DNA from: Candidatus Heimdallarchaeota archaeon
Lineage (GTDB): Archaea > Asgardarchaeota > Heimdallarchaeia > Heimdallarchaeales > Heimdallarchaeaceae
Length of the DNA: 50,534 nt
Direction of reading: 5' to 3'
NCBI GenBank assembly: GCA_016840095.1
Contig: JAEOSZ010000009.1
Location: forward strand, 1 to 50,534
Below the pieces are notes generated by a model that was not told the DNA's origin, searched no databases, and saw only the letters and a list, made by a program, of their open reading frames with translations. The number at the start of each line of letters is the position of its first letter. The stretch's first letter is position 1. The translations under genes were made by a program, and so were the position numbers. Positions 37,086 through 46,474 of this stretch are shown here, piece by piece.

Positions 37086-38429
37086 ATGACATACACACCA
37101 ACACATCTAGCTGTTCAAGGTCTCATTGTTTGGTTGTTATTATCCAAGAACAATAAAGCATATTATAAAGAACATAGATGGGAATTTATAATTATCAATC
37201 TTGTAGCAATTTTCCCAGATATTGATTTACTTTTTGGATATCATAGAACTTATACGCATAGTCTGATTATTCCAACTTTTACTCTGCTAAGTATGTTAGT
37301 CATCGATATGATCCATAAAAATGCAAGTCCAATAGAAGATGCAACACAAAAAACAGTTAGATTTGTTAAACTTGCTTCATTAATGTGGTTAATACACATC
37401 TTTCTAGATCTTAGTTGGGGACCATTACTATTATTCTGGCCAATTGACAATAATCTATATGATCTTTCTGTTTTTCTTAGATTTAGGAATGAAGCATGGT
37501 TATTCTTTCCTTTAACTTTTGTAGGTTTAATTCCTGATTGGTCTATATACTCTATGACGGAAGGACAGAGGATATTTTTCATAAATCTGACTCAAGAAGA
37601 ACTACAATCGATCTATGGAGAATTTCTCGATCTTTACATTGCACAATTTACTTTCCATGTTCTCTTGTTTGTAGTTTGGGCAGTAGTAATTTTGTTCCCT
37701 GCATTCAAAAGAAAAAAACGAAAATCTGAGGAAGAGCGGAAGAAATATGCTAAAAGCTTTCAGACGTTTTGGACCTTACTAAAAAGGCAATTAACGCTTT
37801 TTGGAATCTTCATGATTTTCCTAGGATTAATGCTAGGACCTATAATTGGGTTGAATCGAGCGATGAATTATGAGGTTTCATATGAATATAGAAGCACTCA
37901 ATCTTACTTTGATCCAACACTAGGAATTGCTTTTGTAAACAAACCTCAAGCAACAACTACAATTGATTTTCATAGTGAAATAGGTGTAGTAGATTATAAT
38001 GCAACTATGCTATTAACAAATAATGATACATTCATCAATTTCTTTGAAAATTTTGATAATGTAACGAGTAACTACTATGATGATAATATAACATTCGAAC
38101 AAATGCTTTCTTCGTATGCAACACTGACTGATCAAGCTGAAAACGAAAGTATCTATGAATCCAGACTTATCGGAGGTAATGTTGAGAATGGTACTCAAAT
38201 AACTATGAATACAACAGAAGTAGAAGAAACAGTTTACTTAATCACTTTCGTAAAAGACTGGAATACTTCAGAGTCTTTCATTTACGAAGCTACTATAGGA
38301 GTTAACTATATTATTCATAGAAAAACAGCTGTCATAGAAGGTAGTATTTTGAGTGGAATTGGTTTAGTACTAATAGTTGTAGATCAAATTATAGCTATTC
38401 GACAAAAGAGAAGAATATCAAGAAATTAG
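37086..38429 (+). CDS. Membrane metal-dependent hydrolase (YdjM-like) fused to a sequon-rich ectodomain
   Basis: H...FPDID...HRTYTHSL...HIFLD motifs, several TM segments and a C-terminal TM anchor. Confidence 0.75.
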   Translation: MTYTPTHLAVQGLIVWLLLSKNNKAYYKEHRWEFIIINLVAIFPDIDLLFGYHRTYTHSLIIPTFTLLSMLVIDMIHKNASPIEDATQKTVRFVKLASLMWLIHIFLDLSWGPLLLFWPIDNNLYDLSVFLRFRNEAWLFFPLTFVGLIPDWSIYSMTEGQRIFFINLTQEELQSIYGEFLDLYIAQFTFHVLLFVVWAVVILFPAFKRKKRKSEEERKKYAKSFQTFWTLLKRQLTLFGIFMIFLGLMLGPIIGLNRAMNYEVSYEYRSTQSYFDPTLGIAFVNKPQATTTIDFHSEIGVVDYNATMLLTNNDTFINFFENFDNVTSNYYDDNITFEQMLSSYATLTDQAENESIYESRLIGGNVENGTQITMNTTEVEETVYLITFVKDWNTSESFIYEATIGVNYIIHRKTAVIEGSILSGIGLVLIVVDQIIAIRQKRRISRN

Positions 38430-39374
38430 TTTAGTTGTTAGTTCAACTAAATCTGAGTTCTGATTCAGCTCAACCATCTTTACATTTCGTAAGGAAGCAA
38501 CTTCATCAACAAAAGACACACGTCTGTATGTTCTAGCATAAACAATCCTTAAATCAGGAATTCGCTGCATAGTAGGAAGTGGATTTCTTCCAACTGTTCT
38601 CTCAAGATCACTAATTATATAGATTATTTTTTCTCTAGAAGAGCTGTCTTTGAGCTGTTTGGTTGCTAATTGTAAAACTTCATCAAGATCAGTTTTTCCT
38701 CCACTTTCAATATTCAGAATCAATTCAACTAATTCTTCAGGAGGAATTCTCTTAGACATAGGTTTTAGCAGATGAGCTTCAGAATCAAATTCAATAACTG
38801 CAAAGTTATCTCGTTTAACTGATAGAGATAAAACAGATGCCATCAGAACAATTTGATGTATTAACTGTAGAACGCTTAAGCTTTTATCAATACAAATTAC
38901 AATGCTTTTTTTTCTTTTTGATGGCTCTTTAACTACAATACTATCATAATCAGGGACTAACTTACCCATACTTAGCATCTTCTCAAAGGTCATTTCTATT
39001 TCCCAGGTATCTCCAGGTTCATAATTGACATATCTGGAAACAGTAGATGAAATCCCTCTTCTGAAAATATCTTTTGCTTTTTCAGTGATGAATGGTATAA
39101 GTTTCTCAAGGAATTTTTTACGAAGATCATAGTTGATGTGCTTCTTTGTTCTGGAATAAAGTTGAATTAAATCCTCACTAGCAAGACTATCTAGCATTTG
39201 ATCTGTTGGTTGTATCTTATCTAGTAATTTAGCTGCTATCATAGGATAGTTTGTTGCTATTAACTTGAGTCCCTCCAAATTACTTTCCTCAGCTGCTTTT
39301 TCAGCTAATTCAATAATACGATCTATATTATCATCTCTTTTACCGAGTTCAAGATAAATCTCATTTATTGTCAT
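38418..39374 (-). CDS. VWA-domain protein (MoxR partner, CoxE-like)
   Basis: MIDAS motif DKSLS...GGKTD...ISD. The frame stays open upstream to 39464. Confidence 0.88.
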   Translation of the reverse strand: MTINEIYLELGKRDDNIDRIIELAEKAAEESNLEGLKLIATNYPMIAAKLLDKIQPTDQMLDSLASEDLIQLYSRTKKHINYDLRKKFLEKLIPFITEKAKDIFRRGISSTVSRYVNYEPGDTWEIEMTFEKMLSMGKLVPDYDSIVVKEPSKRKKSIVICIDKSLSVLQLIHQIVLMASVLSLSVKRDNFAVIEFDSEAHLLKPMSKRIPPEELVELILNIESGGKTDLDEVLQLATKQLKDSSSREKIIYIISDLERTVGRNPLPTMQRIPDLRIVYARTYRRVSFVDEVASLRNVKMVELNQNSDLVELTTKLIS

Positions 39375-39405
39375 TCTGCCTGCATTTGATGGGAAAGTAT
39401 GAAAC

Positions 39406-39455
39406 GGTTCATCCCCTACAACAGATAGTGTAGGATCACCTAATCTTCTTTTTTT
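39406..39455 (-). other. Candidate -1 frameshift cassette (slippery A7 plus 3' stem-loop)
   Basis: Minus strand reads CGA_AAA_AAA_GAA_GAT_TAG, then GGTGATCCTACA-CTATCTGT-TGTAGGGGATGAACC. The -1 frame runs without a stop into the VWA ORF. Confidence 0.6.
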
Positions 39456-40330
39456 CGTAGAATCCTACTATCATCATATCTTGATAAGACTTTGGAGATA
39501 ATTTCTTCAATAATCCTTTCTTCAGTTTTCCTACTAGAGGTTTTACATCTGATTTTTCTGGAATGAACCGAAATTGCTCTATCTAAGAGATCTATTTCAT
39601 CTATTTTTTCGTCCATTTTGTAGAGATTTACTAACTGAATTGCTCCACGAACTGTTGAACCATATTCCAGTTCAGAATGATTCAGAGTTACTTCAACAAT
39701 TTCACAGGATATTCGGATAAGGAATTCATCTGTACTTTGAGTACGGAGCTTAACAATCTCAATCATCTCATCTAAAGATTGGTGTGTAACATTTATCCAA
39801 ATGCATCTATCATAGAATGCTTTTGGTAAGGGATTAGTTGCTACTGTATCTTGAGGGTTATATGTAAAAACAGGGATGAATCCTTGTTGTGCTTGTATTT
39901 CTCCAAGTTGTGGAATCGTAATTAGTTTCTCATCTAATGCAGTTAATACAGCATTGATAGTTTCTGATGGAGCACGATTAACCTCATTGTAGAAAAAGAG
40001 ACCTCCTTCCTCCATTGCTTCAGTTAATGGACCAGCAATGAAAGTATCTCTTGAAAATCCTTTTTCCAAAACAAGAGGGGGATCATACCAACCTTTCAAT
40101 TTAATTGATGTTAAACTATCATCTCCATCAACTCTTATGAAAGGTCTCTCTAAGCTGACTGCTAATGCTTTAGCCATTTCAGTTTTTCCAGTTCCAACAG
40201 GACCCTCAATAATTATAGGTAAGTCTTTTTCAATAGCTCTAACAATCAACTCAAGTTCTTTTCTTCGTCCAACTATTAATTTTGACATCTTTTCAAGAAC
40301 TTCTTTTGAAACTTGATTTCCTTTAGACAT
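39440..40330 (-). CDS. MoxR-family AAA+ ATPase
   Basis: IVGR, GPVGTGKT, GPLTEAM, Walker B variant YNEVNRA and LPKAFYDR. Confidence 0.92.
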   Translation of the reverse strand: MSKGNQVSKEVLEKMSKLIVGRRKELELIVRAIEKDLPIIIEGPVGTGKTEMAKALAVSLERPFIRVDGDDSLTSIKLKGWYDPPLVLEKGFSRDTFIAGPLTEAMEEGGLFFYNEVNRAPSETINAVLTALDEKLITIPQLGEIQAQQGFIPVFTYNPQDTVATNPLPKAFYDRCIWINVTHQSLDEMIEIVKLRTQSTDEFLIRISCEIVEVTLNHSELEYGSTVRGAIQLVNLYKMDEKIDEIDLLDRAISVHSRKIRCKTSSRKTEERIIEEIISKVLSRYDDSRILRKKED

Positions 40331-40450
40331 TAAAATAATATTACGAAGGAGAAATTAAAACTCTTGTTGTTCGTATTTTATAGTTTGATTACTTATCCTG
40401 CTTGTACTAAGATAGTTAATTTTCAGCAAAAAAATAGAAATCGATGAAAA

Positions 40451-41830
40451 TCATTTGAACTTGTGAAATCGATTTCTTTCTATAAATACATCAATTTGAT
40501 TATTTTCACTTTCCTCGAAAAGTACAGGAGTTTTACTACCAAAAATGTAGATATAAAACCTATTATTTGATAATTTCATGTCTTCTGGTATAAGTGGGTA
40601 CCTACTGGGTATATCTCTGTATTTTGTTTCAAGTATTAACATACCATTTTCTAATAAGATTTTGATTTTAGTCAATCCCTTATAATTCTTATAATCTCCA
40701 GCGAACTTCTCCATCTTTGCTTCTATCTTGAAGAATGGAATTTCTTCTTCAGGATTCTTACCTAAAAGTTTACACAGGATTGTTTTTCCTATTTGAATGC
40801 CAAAACCAGAGCCAACATTTGCTTCAGTTACCATTCCAACATTTAATTCAGGAATAAATGAAAATTGAGCACTTGATAAGCCAGTTGACCCCCCGTGAGA
40901 TATTAACTTATATCCAAGAAAATCTTCTGAAATTGCTACTCCAAATCCATATCCACTTCTCCCGAGAAAACTAACTGGTGTTTCTATTTGAATGGTGTAA
41001 ATTTCTTCTAAAGATTTTGGACTAATAATTTGCTTTTCTCCAAATTTACCTTGATTCATAAGCATAAAAAGGAAATTGGACATTTCAGTTACTGAACTAA
41101 TCAAACCTCCAGCAGCATGAATATTTTCATCAAAAGGATGTTTCTTTACTTCAGGTTTATCTTTTTCTACCAAATAAGCTGTCATTCTATTGTTATCTTT
41201 CTCAAAATCTTCTTCATAAAATGTTGACCTACTCATCTCAAGAGGAGTTAAAATATATTCCTTTACATAATCTGCAAAACTTAAACCACTAATTGCTTCA
41301 ACAATTTCACCTAACATAGTAAAACCTGTATTAAAATAGAAGTATCTTTTTTCAGGTTCATCTGCTATTTCATCTTGAGCACCATTTAAGAAAGTATAAA
41401 GATCATCTTTGCAAGCAAGAGGAACCCACGTCTCTTCTATAGGAGCGTGACGCAAAATTTGAACACTTGCTGCTCCTAAATTTGGAATCCCTGATGAATG
41501 AGACATAAGATGGCGTATCCTAATAGGTTTATTTTCCAATCCTATTTTGAGAGGAATATGTTTTTTTACCGGATCATCAATTGATAATTTTCCTTGTTCA
41601 GCTAATTGCATAATAGCTAAACATGTGAATAATTTAGTACATGATCCTATACCAAAAAGAGTGTCTGGATTAGCAGGAAGATTTTTTGTATAATCTCTAT
41701 GTCCAAAACCTTTGGAGTAGATAACTTCTTGATCCTTGATGATCGCAACGCTTAATCCTGGTATTTTCATTTTTTGCATTCTTTCAGCAATTAACTGTTC
41801 TAAATCTTCCCAATTATTTTTATTATTCAT
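40451..41830 (-). CDS. Serine hydrolase, beta-lactamase/penicillin-binding-protein family (Pab87-like peptidase)
   Basis: SxxK (GSCTK), LMSHSSG, YxN (YFN) and HGG motifs, plus a C-terminal beta domain. Confidence 0.9.
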   Translation of the reverse strand: MNNKNNWEDLEQLIAERMQKMKIPGLSVAIIKDQEVIYSKGFGHRDYTKNLPANPDTLFGIGSCTKLFTCLAIMQLAEQGKLSIDDPVKKHIPLKIGLENKPIRIRHLMSHSSGIPNLGAASVQILRHAPIEETWVPLACKDDLYTFLNGAQDEIADEPEKRYFYFNTGFTMLGEIVEAISGLSFADYVKEYILTPLEMSRSTFYEEDFEKDNNRMTAYLVEKDKPEVKKHPFDENIHAAGGLISSVTEMSNFLFMLMNQGKFGEKQIISPKSLEEIYTIQIETPVSFLGRSGYGFGVAISEDFLGYKLISHGGSTGLSSAQFSFIPELNVGMVTEANVGSGFGIQIGKTILCKLLGKNPEEEIPFFKIEAKMEKFAGDYKNYKGLTKIKILLENGMLILETKYRDIPSRYPLIPEDMKLSNNRFYIYIFGSKTPVLFEESENNQIDVFIERNRFHKFK

Positions 41831-41995
41831 ATTATTACTTCCTAATTCTATGGATTCATGAACTAAAATCCTTTATTAGTTTTTTTCAACTCTTCATGTA
41901 TTCCAAGTAGATTATTTTCAGTTTAATTATCGAAAAATTCCTAAATTATTGTCAGAATAAATAATGGAAAAAAAGAGAAGTTAGGTGAGTAATAG

Positions 41996-43429
41996 CTACT
42001 TAGTAGCTATCATCCCATCTTCTTTTAGAATGCTTTTAGAAGGTTTAACAAAGAGAATTATTACTAAGCCAGCTATCATAATTAGTCCCATAATAGCAAC
42101 AGCTAATGATATAGCTGCATTTGTAGACCAATTAGCTCCGTCAACTTCACTTAAGGCAATAACTGCTGCCCAGATTAGTGGACCTAATGAAGCTGATATT
42201 TTTCCAGATAATTTGCTGAATCCCATATACTCACCAAATTTCTCTTTTGGAGCAAGTTCTATTATCATATATCTCTGTGCTACCCAAGTTCCTCCTAAGG
42301 CAGGACCTGCTAGAATACCCATAATCAGAACCATGATGAATGGAAATGACCATCCATTACCTGTATCTCCTCCTAGTAATTCTGGTACAGCTATTGGAGA
42401 CCAAACTAATGAGGCTACTATAGCAATAATAAGTGCTATAACCCAGAGACTACAAATAAGTATGAATGTCCTTTTAGCTCCTTGTTTATCTGCAAACATT
42501 CCAACCGGGTATGTGAATAGAACTGCTGATATTGTAGCTATTATTATGAAGTAGTTTCCGAAAGCATAATCCATTCCCATTCCATCTGTAACAATAAGTA
42601 TCATTTTTATGATAACTACATTAGCTACTTCAACGACCAAGAAATATCCAATAATGAATATGAACATATCTCGGTGTCCTCTAATGTCCCTAAAAGTAGC
42701 ACCTAATTGTTTAAATGAACCTTTCACAATTTCCTTTGTAGGTGGAGTTTCACCTTTTTTCTTTCTTTCTTTAACAAAAATGAAAGGAAGAGCAAAAGCT
42801 AAGAAAATTCCCATCGCAATGACATACGTCCACCATTTATCTAGATATCCATATTTAACCCAACCTGTTTTAGGATCACTATGTGGAGATCCCCAAATGC
42901 TAGAAAGTACTAACATTGCTGCTATGCCTATTATTGTTCCTAGATAACCGAAAGCAACCCCGAAACCTCCAACTTTTCCCGCATGTCGCGGAGCCGCAAT
43001 AAAGGGTAGCATAGAATCATAGAATGCTAAACTCCATTGATAAGCCATATTTGCAATAACATAGAATAACAGAACCAACCAAAGGCTTTGAAATATTCCA
43101 AGTAAGCTAGCAAAAATGAGGATTATTCCAGTCAGAACTAAAACAAATGGTTTTCTTTTACCAGCGTAGTCACTCAATGCACCAGCTATCGGCATCCCGA
43201 CAGCAATTAGTATTTGCATGACCATTACCACAGTACCATAAATGAACTCTGATCTAGCATAAGTTAAACCATTTTCTCTTTGACCAATAATGAGAATATA
43301 TTGGTTGATAATCAAAGAAACAATTACCATAGAATAAACAGTGTTTGCAAGGTCATACAGAGACCAAAGAAAAACATTCCAGTAAGAAGTCTTTGTCTCT
43401 AATTCAACTTCTGATGAAATTTCAGACAT
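41996..43429 (-). CDS. MFS transporter, UMF1/Atg22-like
   Basis: WSLYDLANT, GALSDYAGKRK, FYDSML, GYLG and GEYMGF...GK motifs. Confidence 0.88.
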   Translation of the reverse strand: MSEISSEVELETKTSYWNVFLWSLYDLANTVYSMVIVSLIINQYILIIGQRENGLTYARSEFIYGTVVMVMQILIAVGMPIAGALSDYAGKRKPFVLVLTGIILIFASLLGIFQSLWLVLLFYVIANMAYQWSLAFYDSMLPFIAAPRHAGKVGGFGVAFGYLGTIIGIAAMLVLSSIWGSPHSDPKTGWVKYGYLDKWWTYVIAMGIFLAFALPFIFVKERKKKGETPPTKEIVKGSFKQLGATFRDIRGHRDMFIFIIGYFLVVEVANVVIIKMILIVTDGMGMDYAFGNYFIIIATISAVLFTYPVGMFADKQGAKRTFILICSLWVIALIIAIVASLVWSPIAVPELLGGDTGNGWSFPFIMVLIMGILAGPALGGTWVAQRYMIIELAPKEKFGEYMGFSKLSGKISASLGPLIWAAVIALSEVDGANWSTNAAISLAVAIMGLIMIAGLVIILFVKPSKSILKEDGMIATK

Positions 43430-43484
43430 AACTTCGAATTAGAATTAGCTATTTAAAAAATTATTCCCTAACTTTTAAAGTGTT

Positions 43485-44537
43485 TTAGAATCTCCAATGC
43501 GCAATAAGTGACTTTCTGACTTGTTTTAGCATACTAGTTGTGTGTTCAGACGTTCCAAATTCTTCCAACTGATCCAATATATATGGTTTGTTTCCTAGCA
43601 ATCCTAAAAGGAATTTTGAACTTACATCTTCCAATTGGTCCAGTTTGTAACCACCCTCTAAAGTACATGCAACCTTACCTTCACAACATTCTTGAGCTAT
43701 TTCATGAAGAAGGTAACCAGCAGCATAAAATGCATTGGAACCAACACTCATAACTCCAACAGGATCTCCAGCTAAGGAATCAAATCCTACAGAAACAAGA
43801 ATCATCTCTGGTTTATATTGTCTAACAATATTAAGTGAAAATTGGAGAGCTTTCAACCAATCCATACTTTTTACTCCAGGTAATAGTGCAACATTTACAT
43901 TGTACCCCTTCCCCTCAACAACACCAATTTCATTAGGAAATCCTGTACCGGGGTATGAGTACATAGGATGTGCATGTAAAGATAGATAAAAAACATCTTT
44001 CCTATGGTAGAAAATATGTGATGTTCCATTACCAAAGTGATGATCTATATCAATGATTGCTATTCTATTATAGCCTTTGTATTGAACTAGCCATTCAGCA
44101 GCTATTGCAATATTATTGAAGTAGCAGAAACCACCAGCTGAATTATATTCTGCATGGTGTCCTGGAGGTCTAACGACTGCAAAACTCTTCTTAGCTTTAT
44201 TTTGATCTACTAAATCAGCTGCTTGCTTAGTGGCACCAGCAGAAAGTTTTGCAATTTCAAACGTATGTTCATTGAGTGTTGTATCAATGGTAACCATTCC
44301 TCCTCCAGCTTGAGAGATTGCTCGAATTTTAGCAAGATGATCCGGAACATGAACTGAAAGAATATTTTCTTCTTCTATGGGTTCAGGATCAAAAAAACCT
44401 ATTGTATACTCAGATTCCTTTTGTATCTTCTTGATAGATTTAATTATTTCATCCAATCTTAATGGGGATTCAGGATGAGCTCTATCCATAGAGTGTTTCT
44501 TGAATAAATCTGAATATATTACTGCTAAATCGAGCAT
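43485..44537 (-). CDS. Zn-dependent histone deacetylase family protein
   Basis: HPESP.RL, RPPGHHA, GFCYFNN, DIDHHFGNGT, GFD...DP and LEGGY motifs. Confidence 0.95.
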   Translation of the reverse strand: MLDLAVIYSDLFKKHSMDRAHPESPLRLDEIIKSIKKIQKESEYTIGFFDPEPIEEENILSVHVPDHLAKIRAISQAGGGMVTIDTTLNEHTFEIAKLSAGATKQAADLVDQNKAKKSFAVVRPPGHHAEYNSAGGFCYFNNIAIAAEWLVQYKGYNRIAIIDIDHHFGNGTSHIFYHRKDVFYLSLHAHPMYSYPGTGFPNEIGVVEGKGYNVNVALLPGVKSMDWLKALQFSLNIVRQYKPEMILVSVGFDSLAGDPVGVMSVGSNAFYAAGYLLHEIAQECCEGKVACTLEGGYKLDQLEDVSSKFLLGLLGNKPYILDQLEEFGTSEHTTSMLKQVRKSLIAHWRF

Positions 44538-44657
44538 CTAAATTGTTATTCAATTACTATAAATTAAGACTTTTGTATGACATATTCAAGATACTTCTGT
44601 TTGTTATTCTTTCGTATATTTTATATAGCATAAGTAAAGTTCAAGTGATGTTACCAT

Positions 44658-45203
44658 ATGACCTTTGTTGATTTTCTTCTAGATGTCGGTCTAGCATTTC
44701 TGTTTTCTGCTCCAATTCTTGTATCTAACGCCGCTCCTGCATTACTTGGAGGAGGATTTCCTGTAGATTTCTATAAGAATTTCTTTGATGGAAAGAGAAT
44801 TTTGGGAGATCATAAAACAATCCAAGGCTTAATTATGGGTATTTTAGCAGGCATAGTCTCTAGTATAATAGTTTTCTATCTTGTAGGTGATCTTATGATT
44901 TTAAGATATGGACATCTTGGTTTCAAATTTCCAATGTGGATTGGTTTAGTTATGGGATGGGGATGTAATTTTGGAGATATGTTTGGTTCTTTTGTAAAGA
45001 GAAGACTAAATATCCAATCTGGAGGAAGTTTTCCAGTATTTGACCAAACTGGATATATTCTATTTGGTTTATTATGGAGTTGGCCAGTCTTCAGAGTAAT
45101 TCCATGGCAATTTATAGTTACACTATTAGTTATTGCTCCTTTGCTTCATTTTGGTGCCAATGTTTTTGCATACGCAGTTGGAGCAAAAGACGTTCCATGG
45201 TAG
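44658..45203 (+). CDS. carS: CDP-archaeol synthase
   Basis: SNAAP, PVD...DGKRILGDHKT and GDMFGSFVKRR...DQ motifs. Confidence 0.93.
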   Translation: MTFVDFLLDVGLAFLFSAPILVSNAAPALLGGGFPVDFYKNFFDGKRILGDHKTIQGLIMGILAGIVSSIIVFYLVGDLMILRYGHLGFKFPMWIGLVMGWGCNFGDMFGSFVKRRLNIQSGGSFPVFDQTGYILFGLLWSWPVFRVIPWQFIVTLLVIAPLLHFGANVFAYAVGAKDVPW

Positions 45204-45287
45204 TTAACAGCACTTTGTATAGTAATGAAGTAAGATTTATAAACAATTTAGAAAAACTATATTCATAAAATTGGCAAGTCGTTTTAC

Positions 45288-45620
45288 ATGAGTTCCAGTT
45301 CTAGAAATCGCGAATGTACTCTGTCGTGTAGATCCTTCTTTTGTAGTAAAAAAATGTTGAAAATTGTCAGTAAAAATGATGTTAAATCATTTCTCTGTAA
45401 AATGGATGATGATGCTGAGTGTTTTGGGTATATGTGTAATTATGCTGAGTGCAGAGAAAGAAAAATGAATGATTCAGGTTTGTGTCTCAGACCAGTAAAA
45501 ATTCAACCTCAGGTTCAACATCAGAAACTAGCTCAGGAACAGCTTTCTAAATTTGATTATGTAACTCCACAAGATTTGGATGATAGACTGAGGAAGAAGC
45601 TAGCAAAAAACTACAAGTAA
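45288..45620 (+). CDS. Small Cys-rich hypothetical protein (probable metal-binding)
   Basis: Eight Cys in the first 66 aa, and co-oriented between carS and the KaiC-like gene. Confidence 0.7.
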   Translation: MSSSSRNRECTLSCRSFFCSKKMLKIVSKNDVKSFLCKMDDDAECFGYMCNYAECRERKMNDSGLCLRPVKIQPQVQHQKLAQEQLSKFDYVTPQDLDDRLRKKLAKNYK

Positions 45621-45682
45621 CTTGGATAGCAGCAGTAGATTTTAATATTTGAATAATCACATATTGGATTAGACTAAATGAG

Positions 45683-46474
45683 ATGAATTTTATGTTTTCA
45701 CCAAGTTCAAACACTGGAGAAAAGAAGTTATTTACTTTTGGAATACCAACCCTAGATGAAATTTTAGGAGGAGGAGTTCCAGCAGGTTCAAATGTTCTTA
45801 TTGAAGATGAAATTGGAGCAGAAGCTGATCCATTTGTTCTGAATTTTCTAGCAGAAGGTCTAAAATCAGGTGAGTATGGATACATTTTCTCAACTGAACA
45901 TCCCTATGAATATTATGAAGAGATTATGACAGGTATTGGCGTAAATCCAGATATGCTAGAAGCTACAGGACGGCTGAAATTTATTGATGCTTTCAGCAAT
46001 CCTTTTGGTTATACTGATATCAAAACAAGTCATGAATATGCAGTTAATGATTTAGGAAAACCAAGAGAAATTAATGAGACCATAAGAAGATCATTCTTAC
46101 ATGTACAGAATCAACAAGTACTAAAAAGAGGAATAGTTATTTCTCTGTCTTCAATTATCTATGCTGCAGATGAAAGTAAAAACGTGATATTTTCTTTCTT
46201 ACAAAACAGACTAGCTGCTAATAAAAAGGAAGGTTCTGTTACAGTATTTGCATTGCATTATGATGCTCATGATCCTTTATTAGTTAGAGCTATAGAGCAT
46301 AACTGTGATGTAACAATTAGAGTTACAAAATCTAAAACAAAAGCTGATAGACCAATTACAGAAGTTAGAGTAATCAATGTAAAAGGGAAACCCGAGTTAG
46401 CTGGAGAACCAATTCTGTTTGAGTTTATTAGTGGTAAAATACTTCCATATTATGAAGAAGAAGAGATGTTCTAA
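45683..46474 (+). CDS. KaiC/RecA-fold protein with degenerate Walker motifs (pseudo-ATPase)
   Basis: GIPTLDEILGGGVP and FIDAF are retained. Walker A is replaced by EDEIGAEADP, and the Walker B Asp is absent (GIVISLS). Confidence 0.85.
   Translation: MNFMFSPSSNTGEKKLFTFGIPTLDEILGGGVPAGSNVLIEDEIGAEADPFVLNFLAEGLKSGEYGYIFSTEHPYEYYEEIMTGIGVNPDMLEATGRLKFIDAFSNPFGYTDIKTSHEYAVNDLGKPREINETIRRSFLHVQNQQVLKRGIVISLSSIIYAADESKNVIFSFLQNRLAANKKEGSVTVFALHYDAHDPLLVRAIEHNCDVTIRVTKSKTKADRPITEVRVINVKGKPELAGEPILFEFISGKILPYYEEEEMF

Noticed and set aside
40451-41830. Beta-lactam resistance gene
   Set aside because: The motifs and C-terminal domain fit the broad serine peptidase/esterase family, with nothing specific for beta-lactamase activity.
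41985-42554. 189-aa + strand ORF
   Set aside because: It lies antisense to the UMF1-like MFS gene and has the composition typical of a shadow ORF of a hydrophobic protein.
41996-44537. Atg22-like MFS and HDAC as eukaryotic signature proteins
   Set aside because: Both families are widespread in bacteria and archaea, so they are not diagnostic.
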